A DNA stretch of 64,000 nucleotides from positions 24,279 through 88,278 of the forward strand of contig CAZQWS010000001.1 in assembly GCA_964597355.1 (NCBI GenBank). The letters are read 5' to 3'. Position numbers and translations under genes: made by a program. This document shows positions 48,128 through 58,058 of the stretch, piece after piece. This DNA comes from an uncultured Bdellovibrionales bacterium (GTDB lineage: Bacteria; Patescibacteriota; Minisyncoccia; Moranbacterales; UBA1568). Under the pieces are notes generated by a model. It saw only the letters and a program-made list of their open reading frames with translations. It ran no database searches and was not told the origin of the DNA. Positions within the stretch are counted from its first letter, which is position 1. The number at the start of each line of letters is the position of its first letter.

Positions 48128-48409
48128 TTAGGTTGATTCAATCCCCCGCAGATCAGGGAAACAGATTGGACAGAATATCCGATCAGTAGGAGCGCTGATG
48201 AGCTCATTGCTCGTCCTGGTAAGCTTGATATGTTGTGCCGGCATCCCCCAATCTTGGCCAAAGACTCCACAAACAGCTCTGTATTCCTCAGATGCATTGT
48301 CTGTTGGCGTCCAGCCCTTTTCAATCAGGGCTACTTTGTGTATCACACATGGGCACTCTTCCTCAAGCGGCGCGTTGGTCTTCCACATGAAATCACCGAT
48401 ATCTGACAT
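48128..48409 (-). CDS. Hypothetical small zinc-ribbon protein
   Basis: CPCV...CPIC pattern. Start taken at MSDIGDF to avoid a 76-nt overlap with the next ORF. Confidence 0.4.
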   Translation of the reverse strand: MSDIGDFMWKTNAPLEEECPCVIHKVALIEKGWTPTDNASEEYRAVCGVFGQDWGMPAQHIKLTRTSNELISAPTDRIFCPICFPDLRGIEST

Positions 48410-48441
48410 AATGTCTTCCTTGGTAAAGGTTACGAGAACTT

Positions 48442-48699
48442 TTAAGAGATTGACTCGTGCGATCCTGGTGGCCCATCGCAGAATGGACACTTGTTGCGAA
48501 GCCTGCTGCTTTCCCAATCAGCTTCAGTAAAGTTTTCGTAGTCAGTGATTGTTTCGCGATCGATCAGACCACAGATTGGACAGACGAGCGAGTACTCATC
48601 AATCTCCTGATACCCAGGTCCGACATCCCGGTCATAACACTTGAGGGCTCCACCACACTTGGGGCAAGGAGAAGCTGAAGTGAGGATAGTCGTTGTCAT
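48442..48699 (-). CDS. Hypothetical small zinc-ribbon protein
   Basis: CPKCGG...CPICG...CPFCDG. 85 aa. Confidence 0.5.
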   Translation of the reverse strand: MTTTILTSASPCPKCGGALKCYDRDVGPGYQEIDEYSLVCPICGLIDRETITDYENFTEADWESSRLRNKCPFCDGPPGSHESIS

Positions 48700-48878
48700 A
48701 CGGTTTCTCCAATATAGCCTCCTGGATCTGCCAGGCCAGAGAGTGACTAAAAAATTCTTATTTGGTAAAGAACATTATATTATCCTCTTCTTGGGATTTT
48801 TGTAAATAGGTATAAAAAATCCCTTAAGTAATGGGAAATATACCACTTAGAAGCAAAGCTTTCAAGTAAAAAGTTCAA

Positions 48879-49733
48879 TTACTGATACTGCTCAATCAAA
48901 TTTTTGAGCTTCTCTTTATCCAATTTCCTTGTATACAGCGGTTCAACCCCTGTACGGACCAGGGTTCCATAGGTAGGCCGGCCGGTTTCTTGGTAAATGA
49001 CACCAATGGCAAGCTTGGAATAATCAAGGGCAACTTCGAAGGCTTTGGCTTTATTCGCTCGATCATGTTTTTCATCAAGGTAATAGGTATTCGCTTTGAA
49101 CCATTGGTAGGTGTTTTGTTTATTGAAGACGACACAGGGCTGGAAGAGATCTACCAAGGCGTACCCCTTATGTTGGATAGCTTCCTTTACTATTTCCTTG
49201 GCCTGCATAATGTCCCCCGCGAAAGCTCGCGCCACAAAGGTCGCGCCACAAGAAAGTGCCACCGCCAGTGGATTAAATGGTTCAAGTACGACGCCGTTTA
49301 CCTGTACCGGGGTTTGCATACCCTTTTCACTGGTCGGTGATGCTTGACCCTTGGTGAGGCCATAGACCATGTTGTTGTGTACGATGCTCGTGATATCAGG
49401 ATTGCGTCGAATAGTGTGCAAGAAATGATTGCCACCCTCACCATAGGTACATCCATCACCTGATTCTTCAAGCACGGTAAGATGTGGATTGGCAGTTTTG
49501 ATAGCAATAGCAGGCGGCAATGCCCGGCCATGGAGACCGTTGAAATAATGCACGCGGAGGTAATGCGGCGCTTTGGCCGCCTGACCAATCCCTGAGCAAA
49601 TCACCGCTTCAGTCGGAGGAATATCAAGCTCGGCGAGAGCTGCTTTCATGATATTCAAGATAGGGAAATTCCCACAGCCAGGACACCAGGCGATATCGGT
49701 CTTATGCGGCATGTCGTATACTCGCTTATCCAT
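48879..49733 (-). CDS. 2-oxoacid:ferredoxin oxidoreductase beta subunit (TPP-binding)
   Basis: [14 protein letters not shown] and [12 protein letters not shown] (TPP-binding GDG motif). Confidence 0.85.
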   Translation of the reverse strand: MDKRVYDMPHKTDIAWCPGCGNFPILNIMKAALAELDIPPTEAVICSGIGQAAKAPHYLRVHYFNGLHGRALPPAIAIKTANPHLTVLEESGDGCTYGEGGNHFLHTIRRNPDITSIVHNNMVYGLTKGQASPTSEKGMQTPVQVNGVVLEPFNPLAVALSCGATFVARAFAGDIMQAKEIVKEAIQHKGYALVDLFQPCVVFNKQNTYQWFKANTYYLDEKHDRANKAKAFEVALDYSKLAIGVIYQETGRPTYGTLVRTGVEPLYTRKLDKEKLKNLIEQYQ

Positions 49734-49751
49734 AAGCTCTTTTCTAATATC

Positions 49752-51452
49752 TTAAATCTTTCGTAGCTTCGCTACGACTTCTTCCACTGAAAATGGATTA
49801 CCATCACATTTAAGAATGCGTTCTTTGACCGTAACGTCATATTCTTGCTCCAAGAGATTGGCAAATTGGCCACCGACATTATTCTCTAGCACCACGATCT
49901 CTTTGGTTTTCGGAAAAAACTTTTTCCCTTCCGGAGAAAGTGGGTAGACCTGAGAGAAATGCACGTGAGCAAAATATTCATCCTGCAAGATATCGAGAGC
50001 CTCCTCTACTACCCCCCGATTGGATCCCCAGGTAACAATAAGCGTCTTGGCTTTCTTGGCATCGCCCAAGACGATTGGTGGCAAGGCTACTTCACGCATG
50101 CCTTCAAGCTTCTTCAAACGCTTACCATGCTGCTCCATACGCACTACATGGCTTTCAGTAATATGAGCTTGTGTGTCATGTTCATCACTGTCTACCCCGA
50201 CGAGCCCGGTGCCCAAACCTGGAATGCCCCGTGGTGAAATCCCATCTTTGGCCAAAGCATAGCGTTCATAATCATCCTTGGTTTCAACGATATGCTGGGT
50301 AATGGGCAATGTTTGCAGAGCCTCTTTCTCTACGGTGCTAACACTGTCGAGAAAATATTGGTCCGTAAGCACCACTACAGGCACCTGGAAACGGTCGGCT
50401 ACTTCAAAAGCCTGTTGCATAACGAGGTAGGCCTCATCGAGCGTCCCAGGAGCAAAAATCGCTCGAGGAAATTCTCCGTGACCGGCATAGAGCGCGAGGT
50501 TGAGGTCCGCCTGTTCGGTGCGAGTAGGCAATCCAGTGGCTGGTCCTGGTCGCTGACCGATATGGACGACAATCGGAGTTTCAATCATACCCGAGAGGCT
50601 CATGCCTTCCGTCATAAGGTCAAAACCGCCGCCGGAAGTAGTTACTACCGCCCTCGCTCCTGCATACCACGCTCCGAGTCCTTGGTTGATCGCGGCAATT
50701 TCATCCTCTGCCTGGTCCACCACTACCCCAAACTCTTTCCCCTCTTTGGCAAGAAAAGTAAGGAGCCCTGTCCCAGGTGACATGGGATATGAAGAAATGT
50801 AGTTGCAACCAGCAGCCAGTGTCCCTAAACCAATGGCGTCAATTCCCTCCATCATGAGCGCTTCGGTATTTTCTTTCTTCCTCGGTACCGTAATTTCGAT
50901 TCCCTCGACAAAAGCAATGTGCCGGCCATGAGCATAGCCCATTTTGGCCGCTTGGATATTTTTTGCCACCACCTCTTCACCTTTCCTGGCAAAGTGTTCC
51001 TTGAGATAGGCATGAAATACTTCCTCCTCAGCCTGGAGCATCCCGAGCACCACTCCCACCGCTACTGTACTGGTATAAATCGGATGACCGAGTTCATTGG
51101 CAAATTTCGTAAAAGGAATATCGACAACGCTGCATTCGGTTTCACACACTTTGGCCTTCTCGCCAATAATGACGGTATTTTTGCTGATCCGGTGTTCGAG
51201 GTGTGGCACCACGTCTTTGTCCATGGCAAACAAAAGATCGATCCGATCCACAAATGACCGGCGCTTTTTGTTGGTAAGACGGATTTCTGTTGAGTTGGAG
51301 CCACCCCGAATACGCGACATGTACTCCTTGGAAGCAAACACAAAATACCCCTCTTTCTTGAGGATTTGGACGAGCAGTGTCTCGACGGTTTGTACGCCTT
51401 GACCCGCTGCTCCACCTAACACAATAGAAATATCTCCCGAAAATCGATGCAT
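49752..51452 (-). CDS. 2-oxoacid:ferredoxin oxidoreductase alpha subunit (fused gamma+alpha domains)
   Basis: N-terminal gamma-like domain (LGGAAGQGVQT) followed by an alpha domain. 566 aa, as in two-subunit OFORs. 18 nt upstream of the beta subunit. Confidence 0.85.
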   Translation of the reverse strand: MHRFSGDISIVLGGAAGQGVQTVETLLVQILKKEGYFVFASKEYMSRIRGGSNSTEIRLTNKKRRSFVDRIDLLFAMDKDVVPHLEHRISKNTVIIGEKAKVCETECSVVDIPFTKFANELGHPIYTSTVAVGVVLGMLQAEEEVFHAYLKEHFARKGEEVVAKNIQAAKMGYAHGRHIAFVEGIEITVPRKKENTEALMMEGIDAIGLGTLAAGCNYISSYPMSPGTGLLTFLAKEGKEFGVVVDQAEDEIAAINQGLGAWYAGARAVVTTSGGGFDLMTEGMSLSGMIETPIVVHIGQRPGPATGLPTRTEQADLNLALYAGHGEFPRAIFAPGTLDEAYLVMQQAFEVADRFQVPVVVLTDQYFLDSVSTVEKEALQTLPITQHIVETKDDYERYALAKDGISPRGIPGLGTGLVGVDSDEHDTQAHITESHVVRMEQHGKRLKKLEGMREVALPPIVLGDAKKAKTLIVTWGSNRGVVEEALDILQDEYFAHVHFSQVYPLSPEGKKFFPKTKEIVVLENNVGGQFANLLEQEYDVTVKERILKCDGNPFSVEEVVAKLRKI

Positions 51453-51499
51453 GTTTTTGTTCTCTTTTGATTTGTCTTTAGTATACCACCGGAACCGAG

Positions 51500-51706
51500 C
51501 TATGCTTCCAATTCTTTCTTCACTACCTTGAATTCATTTTCCACTTCTTTGAGCCGCGCTTTACTCGCTTTGAGAAGTCCTACCCCTTCTTTAACTTTTT
51601 CGAGCGCCTTTTCGACATCAATTTCGTCCTGACTTTCAAACCAAGTGGTGATAGCTTCCAGTTTTTTGAGGGATTCGCCGAGTGACATTTCTTTTTCCTT
51701 TGGCAT
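51500..51706 (-). CDS. xseB: Exodeoxyribonuclease VII small subunit
   Basis: 68-aa helical ORF. ESLKKLEAITTWFES...VEKALEKVKEGVGLLKASKARLKEVE matches the XseB pattern. Confidence 0.85.
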   Translation of the reverse strand: MPKEKEMSLGESLKKLEAITTWFESQDEIDVEKALEKVKEGVGLLKASKARLKEVENEFKVVKKELEA

Positions 51707-51861
51707 ACCTTTTATTCCATTAAACTTAATATACGATTACTTTTATATGAAGCCGCTTTCAAGAGAACAAGCATGGTTTTTCTTAAGAAAGAAAATTGTG
51801 AGCTTGAAAAGAGTGAATTACTCGCTGGACGGAATGAACGAGCTGAATGTAAAAGTAATCG

Positions 51862-53400
51862 TTACCCCACCACCTTCCTTACTTCCCCTTCTATTCTACC
51901 AGACCCAAGCTCTATATCGATACACTCCCCTACCCGAACAAGAGAAGCCTGGCGAAGGAGCTTCCCATTTTTTCTCACCAAACTGTACCCTAACTGGAGC
52001 ACTCGGGTTGGATTATATTGTTCCATTTTTTCCGTAGCGGTAGTAAGAAGAGACGTGGTCCGGTCCAATGCGCCTGCATACTGGAGTTCCCACATGGAAA
52101 AGTATTGCTCCAGTTTCTCTTCCAAATTCCGTATATATTCTGGCACCAGCACCAGTTTTTCCTCAAAATGTTTTTGGGTATTTTCCACCCGTTCGAGAAT
52201 AGTGTTCAATCCTTCACGCAGACTTTCTCCTCGAGTTTCGAGCGTACGCCCTGCATCAGCCACCAACTTTTCAGTCAGATTTTCAAGGAAAAGTTTTTCT
52301 CGATTGAGCCTGAGTCTTGCTTCGTCCCATCCTTGGGACAAATACTTGGCCGTAGCGGTAGGAGTCGAAACCATCATATCTGCCGCCAAAGCTGCAAGAG
52401 AAACATCTCGTTCGTGGCCAATACCAGCCAAAACAGGAATCTCGGAAGCGCGTACTGAGCGCACCAACGCCTCAGTATTGAATGCCTGGAGACTTTCAAG
52501 ACTCCCTCCTCCACGGACGATCACCAAAACATCATACCGCTCAGGATGCTCGTTAAAATATTCAATAGCTTTGATAATTTCAAATACCGCGCGTTTCCCC
52601 TCAACCAAAGTTGGGTAGAGCTGTACCTGAAATCCTACTCGAGTAAGGTTCATGGTGAAGTCACCGAGAGCCGCTCCTTCTTGGGAGGTAATGATGGCGA
52701 TGCGTTCAGGAAATTTCGGGAGTGACCGTTTATTCTCGGGAGCAAATACCCCAGATCCTTCGAGTTTTTTGTACAACTCATCATACGCTTTCTTGAGCGC
52801 CCCTTCACCAGCGTACTCGATCGACTCCACGCGAAAACTGAGTCGTCCCGAAGGCTTATAGATATCAGGTGCTCCTTCGATGATAATCTCATCCCCCAGA
52901 GCAATCTTCACTCCTGCCACATCGTACTGATACCGGAAGATAAGGCAGTTCAAGACACTTTCGTCCTCGTTGTCTTTTAGAGAAAAGTAGACTACTCGTT
53001 CACGGACATCGACACTGGTCACCTCCCCCTTGATTCGAGCCGCCATGCCAGAGAGCTCCACATTTAATCCATCAAGAAACCGTGACACCGAAAGTGGCTC
53101 GTTCTGAGGGGAATGAGGCACACTCACTATTCCGGTCGATTCAACCAATACTGTCTCTTCTCCTTCTGCGTTTTCCAACACGGCTTTGACGAGATCCAAC
53201 ACGGCTTTCCCATACTGACGGCTTTTCGCTTCTTTGATCCCCTTCACCATGCACAGTTCTGCGACCGTACAAGGTTTAAGAAAAGCAATTGCCTCAAGCG
53301 TAGCGTTCGGGAAAACCCTATATCCTTCCACTCCCTGACGGCGAGCTGTTTCATCACGCCAGGCACGCAATTTTCCCAATAAGAGCGCTTCGGTACTCAT
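51862..53400 (-). CDS. xseA: Exodeoxyribonuclease VII large subunit with N-terminal HRDC-like domain
   Basis: XseA OB fold and catalytic region (VIVRGGGSLESLQAFN; IGHERDVSLA). The first ~75 aa (LLGKLRAWRDETARRQGVEGYRVFPNATLEAIAFLKPCTVAELCMVKGI...) look like an HRDC domain. Confidence 0.85.
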   Translation of the reverse strand: MSTEALLLGKLRAWRDETARRQGVEGYRVFPNATLEAIAFLKPCTVAELCMVKGIKEAKSRQYGKAVLDLVKAVLENAEGEETVLVESTGIVSVPHSPQNEPLSVSRFLDGLNVELSGMAARIKGEVTSVDVRERVVYFSLKDNEDESVLNCLIFRYQYDVAGVKIALGDEIIIEGAPDIYKPSGRLSFRVESIEYAGEGALKKAYDELYKKLEGSGVFAPENKRSLPKFPERIAIITSQEGAALGDFTMNLTRVGFQVQLYPTLVEGKRAVFEIIKAIEYFNEHPERYDVLVIVRGGGSLESLQAFNTEALVRSVRASEIPVLAGIGHERDVSLAALAADMMVSTPTATAKYLSQGWDEARLRLNREKLFLENLTEKLVADAGRTLETRGESLREGLNTILERVENTQKHFEEKLVLVPEYIRNLEEKLEQYFSMWELQYAGALDRTTSLLTTATEKMEQYNPTRVLQLGYSLVRKNGKLLRQASLVRVGECIDIELGSGRIEGEVRKVVG

Positions 53401-53816
53401 ATATTTTGTAATCGTTCAAGCCAGCGGGGACGCCAGACACTCAGCAAAATTCCCATGAGCATCGCCCCAGCAGCATCAATCAGAGCATCGGAAAACTTCG
53501 CTCCCCGACCAAAAACAAAAGACTGGTGAATTTCATCAGCAAGACCGTATGTGCAAGTAAAAAGAAACGCTACCAACATAACCTTTTCTCGTCTCTCATG
53601 TGGAAAAAACACACGGAAAAATAGACTACTGAGACCCATGAGCATAGCGTACTCTACGACATGAGCGGACTTTCGTTCGAGTACATACCACAAGGGTGGC
53701 TGCCAATTACCGCCTGATCCTGGTTGATGCGAAAAGGCAAAGATCACTCCCATCCAGGTCAAGAGCGCGCTTCCAAATAGTAGTCGTTTCACAACCAGAT
53801 TCACAACGCTCAACAT
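53397..53816 (-). CDS. VanZ-family membrane protein
   Basis: FSHQPGS...DEIHQSFVFGRGAKFSDALIDAAGA. Overlaps the xseA start by 4 nt. Confidence 0.7.
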   Translation of the reverse strand: MLSVVNLVVKRLLFGSALLTWMGVIFAFSHQPGSGGNWQPPLWYVLERKSAHVVEYAMLMGLSSLFFRVFFPHERREKVMLVAFLFTCTYGLADEIHQSFVFGRGAKFSDALIDAAGAMLMGILLSVWRPRWLERLQNI

Positions 53817-53950
53817 TACTTATCAGACCGACTACGAAGTTCCTTCATCAACACAAAAAAGGCGTAAAACGGCAACCATAACCAAACAGTCTTTTTAAGA
53901 AATCCATCAAGACTCGCATTGAGGTTTGCCATATACTTCCCCTTAGATGA

Positions 53951-54649
53951 TTACTTACTTCTTATCTCGTACACTACATCCTTTTTCTCTACGACGATAC
54001 GCCAACCCTCATTTTCTGCCATCGCCTTAAGATTCTGATTCGGATTGAAAGCAATTGGATATGTCACTAATTTAAGGAAGCTGCTATCCGACTCTGTATC
54101 TCCAATACCATACGAACTTTCAAGAGTCAGTCCATGCTCATAGACATACTGTTTGACGACATCTGCTTTGTTGAGCGAAGGTTCAAACTCCGCTCTCCCC
54201 GTATAAATCCCCTCTCCATCTTGTTCATAGATACTCCCAAAAACATGGTCGAAATGGAGGTAATGATTATTGTACTCCTCTACAATCTCCTGAGGCGAAC
54301 CCGAGACAGCCAGGAAATGATACCCCTGCTCTCGAAGATTCTTGATAAGTTCTTCGGCAAAAATATAGGTGCGTTTGGCCTGAAACGGGACCACAATTTT
54401 GGCGGCCCTCTTTACCTCCTCCTTAGACACCCCCTTGATATGCTTAGCATACATATCTACCAGTGCCTTACGATAATCCTCATAGGTCCCCTCATGCTGA
54501 AGCCAGTTTGTATAAACCTCAGTCAATTTTCGTCGCACTTCTGGAGAAAAAATCTTGAGCCATGCGAGTTCATTAATAAGCTCAAAGTGAAGATTCTTGC
54601 GAAAAATAGTCCCGTCAATATCAAACACGGCGATTTTCTGGTCTTTCAT
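53951..54649 (-). CDS. HAD-IB family hydrolase (phosphoserine-phosphatase-like)
   Basis: Motif I FDIDGTI. C-terminal GDTESD. 232 aa. Confidence 0.8.
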   Translation of the reverse strand: MKDQKIAVFDIDGTIFRKNLHFELINELAWLKIFSPEVRRKLTEVYTNWLQHEGTYEDYRKALVDMYAKHIKGVSKEEVKRAAKIVVPFQAKRTYIFAEELIKNLREQGYHFLAVSGSPQEIVEEYNNHYLHFDHVFGSIYEQDGEGIYTGRAEFEPSLNKADVVKQYVYEHGLTLESSYGIGDTESDSSFLKLVTYPIAFNPNQNLKAMAENEGWRIVVEKKDVVYEIRSK

Positions 54650-54694
54650 ATCTTAATATGTCTTGGGATTTTAATATTCTCTTCAACTTTCTTC

Positions 54695-55201
54695 TCACTT
54701 CTTTTTCCTCACTTTCATACTCTCCATTGTAGCTGACAAGTGGTACAAGGCAATACCGGTTGCTACCGATACATTAAGCGAATTCTTTTCCCCACGCATC
54801 GGGAGCTCAATCACCTCATCCACTACTGCCAAAGTTTTTGGAGCAATACCTTCCACTTCATTCCCAACCACTAGCACCACTTTTCCTTCCTTTACTGGTT
54901 GCCACTGCCGATAGTCGATACTCTTCGCGGATTGCTCCAATGCTAGCATTGTATATCCTTCTTTTTTCAAGCGCTTCAGAAGCGGTATCAAGCTTTTGAC
55001 GGATTGCCACGGCAAAGTTTTCTCGGCTCCTAAGGCTGTTTTTCGAATCGTCTTTTCTGCATCACTCAGGTACAACTCTTTCTTGGCTGGTTGTGGGGTA
55101 ATGCCTACGAGGTACAGTTTCTCCACCCCTGCCCCATCAGCCGTACGAAAGATCGCTCCGACATTGTGAGCACTCCGGATATTGTCGAGAATAAGAATCA
55201 T
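54695..55201 (-). CDS. SpoU/TrmH-family RNA 2'-O-methyltransferase
   Basis: NVGAIFRTADGAG...LVVGNEVEGI...LNVSVATGIALY. Start MILILDNIRS at 55201 forms an ATGA overlap with the stop of the upstream gene. Confidence 0.8.
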   Translation of the reverse strand: MILILDNIRSAHNVGAIFRTADGAGVEKLYLVGITPQPAKKELYLSDAEKTIRKTALGAEKTLPWQSVKSLIPLLKRLKKEGYTMLALEQSAKSIDYRQWQPVKEGKVVLVVGNEVEGIAPKTLAVVDEVIELPMRGEKNSLNVSVATGIALYHLSATMESMKVRKKK

Positions 55202-56220
55202 GGATATTGTCGAAATAATTCCTCCCCCTTTTCCCAAACAGCTGGATGGTCTTTTTTGGTTTTCAGCCAATACCACCATTCCCCACCCCAGAGGTAGATA
55301 TCTTGGAAACCGACACGACGCGCATAGGTCACGTGTTCCTCAAGTAAGCGTTCATTCATTGAGATAAATTGTTCCTCGAGTGAGACATTAGCCACCCAAC
55401 CACTGGCCCACGGTTCAGCCTGAAGCTCTATCACGATAAAGTTTTTTTGTTGGGTGACGAGACGAACCAGAAGTTCTTTTGCCCGAAAGAAGTTTGGCCC
55501 AACAGGATAGGTGAAGTATCCCCAACCACCTTTGTATATCGTCCGGTACATGGTCGTTCCAAAAATATCACCCCGTTTGGCAGCCCGAGTCCAAATAGAA
55601 AGTTCGCCACTATCGGTCAGGAGGACGGGCCGGCTCGGGTCAAGTGACTTCACGAGCGCTACTTCTTCCTCGAGAAACTCGACATCCAGCGGTGGGCACT
55701 CACCAAAGAATACCAGAAACGGTTCATTTTCCACTTGCCAAGTAGTAATCACCTGGCGGTCCTTGTAACGATTGACCGTCTCTGTCATAAATTTCCGAAG
55801 AGCCGCCTGGCGTTCGCTATCGCTTTTTTCTTTGGCCCAGCCTGGAATATGGCATTCCGGCCAGCGCGGCACCCTTTGCCCGATAGAGAGGATAATCTCG
55901 GCCCCCACTTTTTCGGCTTCAGCAATCTGCCAATCGAGATCAGCGTAGTCGCGCATTCCTTGCTCACGCTCGACCAAATCCCAATAGACTGGAAGGCGCA
56001 ATTTTTTGACGCCGAGTTCATGGAGATGAGCAAGATAGGCTTCCTTCCAATCCAGTCCAAGATCGGTAGCATAGCGCAAAGAAAACGTCATGCCGAGGTG
56101 CACATCCTCTCGAGGAGCGGGGCCAGGCAAGTTGAAATAGCCAAACAGAATGCCAATAAAAAGTAATATCGAAAAAAGCGTAATGCCTATAAATTTAGCC
56201 ACCCCCTTCCAAGTATGCAT
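55198..56220 (-). CDS. Membrane-anchored glycoside hydrolase, clan GH-A (GH5/GH113-like)
   Basis: N-terminal TM, then a (beta/alpha)8 pattern with the catalytic QVENEP motif. Confidence 0.65.
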   Translation of the reverse strand: MHTWKGVAKFIGITLFSILLFIGILFGYFNLPGPAPREDVHLGMTFSLRYATDLGLDWKEAYLAHLHELGVKKLRLPVYWDLVEREQGMRDYADLDWQIAEAEKVGAEIILSIGQRVPRWPECHIPGWAKEKSDSERQAALRKFMTETVNRYKDRQVITTWQVENEPFLVFFGECPPLDVEFLEEEVALVKSLDPSRPVLLTDSGELSIWTRAAKRGDIFGTTMYRTIYKGGWGYFTYPVGPNFFRAKELLVRLVTQQKNFIVIELQAEPWASGWVANVSLEEQFISMNERLLEEHVTYARRVGFQDIYLWGGEWWYWLKTKKDHPAVWEKGEELFRQYP

Positions 56221-56225
56221 ATCTA

Positions 56226-57164
56226 CTAGAGGAAAAGGAAATTAACCCCCGAGTGCACCGCGAGCCACATCCCGAGGGCAATAAGGATAACCGCTACTGC
56301 CTTTTGCGCCCAATCCCAGAAGAGAAGCTTTTCTTCAAAAATATGGGGGAAATAAAAAGAAAGTGGCAGGGCTAAAAGAAGAACGAAAGCATACTGGACT
56401 CCATTCAAAGCCTGAATAAATGTAATCGGCCCAAGATAGGCCGCATAGGTGAGGAGGAACGTAGCTACTGCACCGAACACTTTGTTCATAATAAACAATG
56501 AACCCGTAATAAAGTTCTCCTTGTTGGTTTCGGTCATAGCATGAGCACTCTCGAGAATGGCTGCTCGGTATTCAGGGATGAAGAAGAGCGAGAAACCACC
56601 AATGACAAATCCGAGCCGCGACCATACCAGTCCATTGATAAAGTCCGCATTGCGGTAACCAGTCTTGAGGAAAATAAGCGAAAGAGCCATGAGAGCTCCT
56701 GCGAGAAGCGTTGACTTCATGAGGGCATCATTGGGTTTCAATGGGAGGTCAAAGGCAATGAGAAAGGCCCCACCAAGTAGAAGGAAGAGTGAGAAAAAGT
56801 TGAGGGGTGAAAAAGAAATATTGGCTGCGGGACCAAAGGCGAGCGATGCTACCCCCGCGATGACAGAAATCGTGATACCAACTAGAGGCGCCACCCGAGA
56901 AATTTCACTGCGCTTCACGGCATTGTAAAAAGCCACGAGGCCATAGAGGAAAAGCACCCCCGAGATGACAAACACGACGATGGTTTGCCAGGGAATGATC
57001 TGCACCCCAAAAGGTACGAACATGATCGCAAACAGGGACAAGATAGCCACATAGAAAGCATAAACACACGGCTCTTTAATCCGTCCCGACAACAAAAACT
57101 TATCAAAAATTGACGTGACGGCATTGAAAAAGTAACCGCCCAGCGTATATGCTATCCAACCCAT
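56226..57164 (-). CDS. Polytopic membrane protein, possibly DMT/EamA-like transporter
   Basis: 312 aa, ~10 TM in two halves. No diagnostic motif. Confidence 0.45.
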   Translation of the reverse strand: MGWIAYTLGGYFFNAVTSIFDKFLLSGRIKEPCVYAFYVAILSLFAIMFVPFGVQIIPWQTIVVFVISGVLFLYGLVAFYNAVKRSEISRVAPLVGITISVIAGVASLAFGPAANISFSPLNFFSLFLLLGGAFLIAFDLPLKPNDALMKSTLLAGALMALSLIFLKTGYRNADFINGLVWSRLGFVIGGFSLFFIPEYRAAILESAHAMTETNKENFITGSLFIMNKVFGAVATFLLTYAAYLGPITFIQALNGVQYAFVLLLALPLSFYFPHIFEEKLLFWDWAQKAVAVILIALGMWLAVHSGVNFLFL

Positions 57165-57229
57165 GGAAAAGTGTTATTTCTTTTTCAGTATATCATCAAA
57201 AATAGTTCCTGAATAAATTCTTACCCAGC

Positions 57230-57262
57230 AAAAAACTCACCCTACAGAAGGGTAAGTTTTTT
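57230..57262 (-). terminator. Rho-independent (bidirectional-looking) terminator
   Basis: CTCACCCT-ACAGA-AGGGTAAG (one G-U pair) flanked by AAAAAA on one side and TTTTTT on the other. Confidence 0.5.
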
Positions 57263-57275
57263 AGGAAAGACAAGA

Positions 57276-58058
57276 TTATTTCTGAGCGATTTTGCGGTAG
57301 TAGATATCGACATCGGCGATCCACTTGCGGACACTTTCGTCGCTGTGACTGGCACAAGTGCTCCCACACTTCCAGACAATCATGCGAGCTGGTTCGGCGC
57401 TCAGGCGTACTTCTCGAAGTTTCACCAGTCGGTCGCCGATGGTTTTGACAGCCTCTTCGGGTGTGCTCCAACAACCGTAGCCATCAGGAGTAAAACCCTT
57501 GGTTCCGGCTCCGCGGTATCCCCAAAAGTTAAAACATTCAACACCCTCAAGTTTCGGGGTGCGTTTACCCCAGTTGGATTCTTTCTTACCGATACCGACG
57601 ATAAGCCCCGCAATTTCACGATCATACCCTGCAATTGCCTTGATCATGGCATCAATAGGGAAGCCTGTTACGATGAGCTCAAGTTCTTTGGCGAGCATTT
57701 CATCTTCTGGTTGAAATTCTTCTTTCATTTTGCCTACTTCTTCCTGTTTGAGACGGAGAGCACAGTCAATACGCTCACTCTTGTCTTCACTCTTGGATGG
57801 GGAAAGAAAGAAACCGAGATCTCGTTCCCAAGCACACAAGTCAGCAGAATTTACACTCAGTGAAACACTATCTTCAAAGTTCTCAAAAGATTCAGCTATC
57901 TTTTCTATTTTCGAGTCTTTTTCACTAGCAGCCAAAGCTTGTTCGCCTGGCAAGGAAAGGATAATCGTAAGCAAAGCGAAAACCACACCGAGGGCCTTAT
58001 TTTTGAAAAAAATAGAGGGTAGGGAAGGAAGGTAATCCGCCAGCTGGCGGGCCATTCC
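57276..58058 (-). CDS. Hypothetical secreted protein
   Basis: Start taken at MARQLADYL... It gives a signal peptide with ALA|AS cleavage. The mature region has conserved Cys/Trp (NFWGYRGAGTKGFTPDGYGCW). The track ORF extends to 58121. Confidence 0.5.
   Translation of the reverse strand, partial: GMARQLADYLPSLPSIFFKNKALGVVFALLTIILSLPGEQALAASEKDSKIEKIAESFENFEDSVSLSVNSADLCAWERDLGFFLSPSKSEDKSERIDCALRLKQEEVGKMKEEFQPEDEMLAKELELIVTGFPIDAMIKAIAGYDREIAGLIVGIGKKESNWGKRTPKLEGVECFNFWGYRGAGTKGFTPDGYGCWSTPEEAVKTIGDRLVKLREVRLSAEPARMIVWKCGSTCASHSDESVRKWIADVDIYYRKIAQK

Noticed and set aside
48060-48130. tRNA-like impression (GGTTGATTCAATCCCC)
   Set aside because: There is no proper T-loop consensus (GTTCRANYC). 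No acceptor/anticodon arm arrangement could be built.
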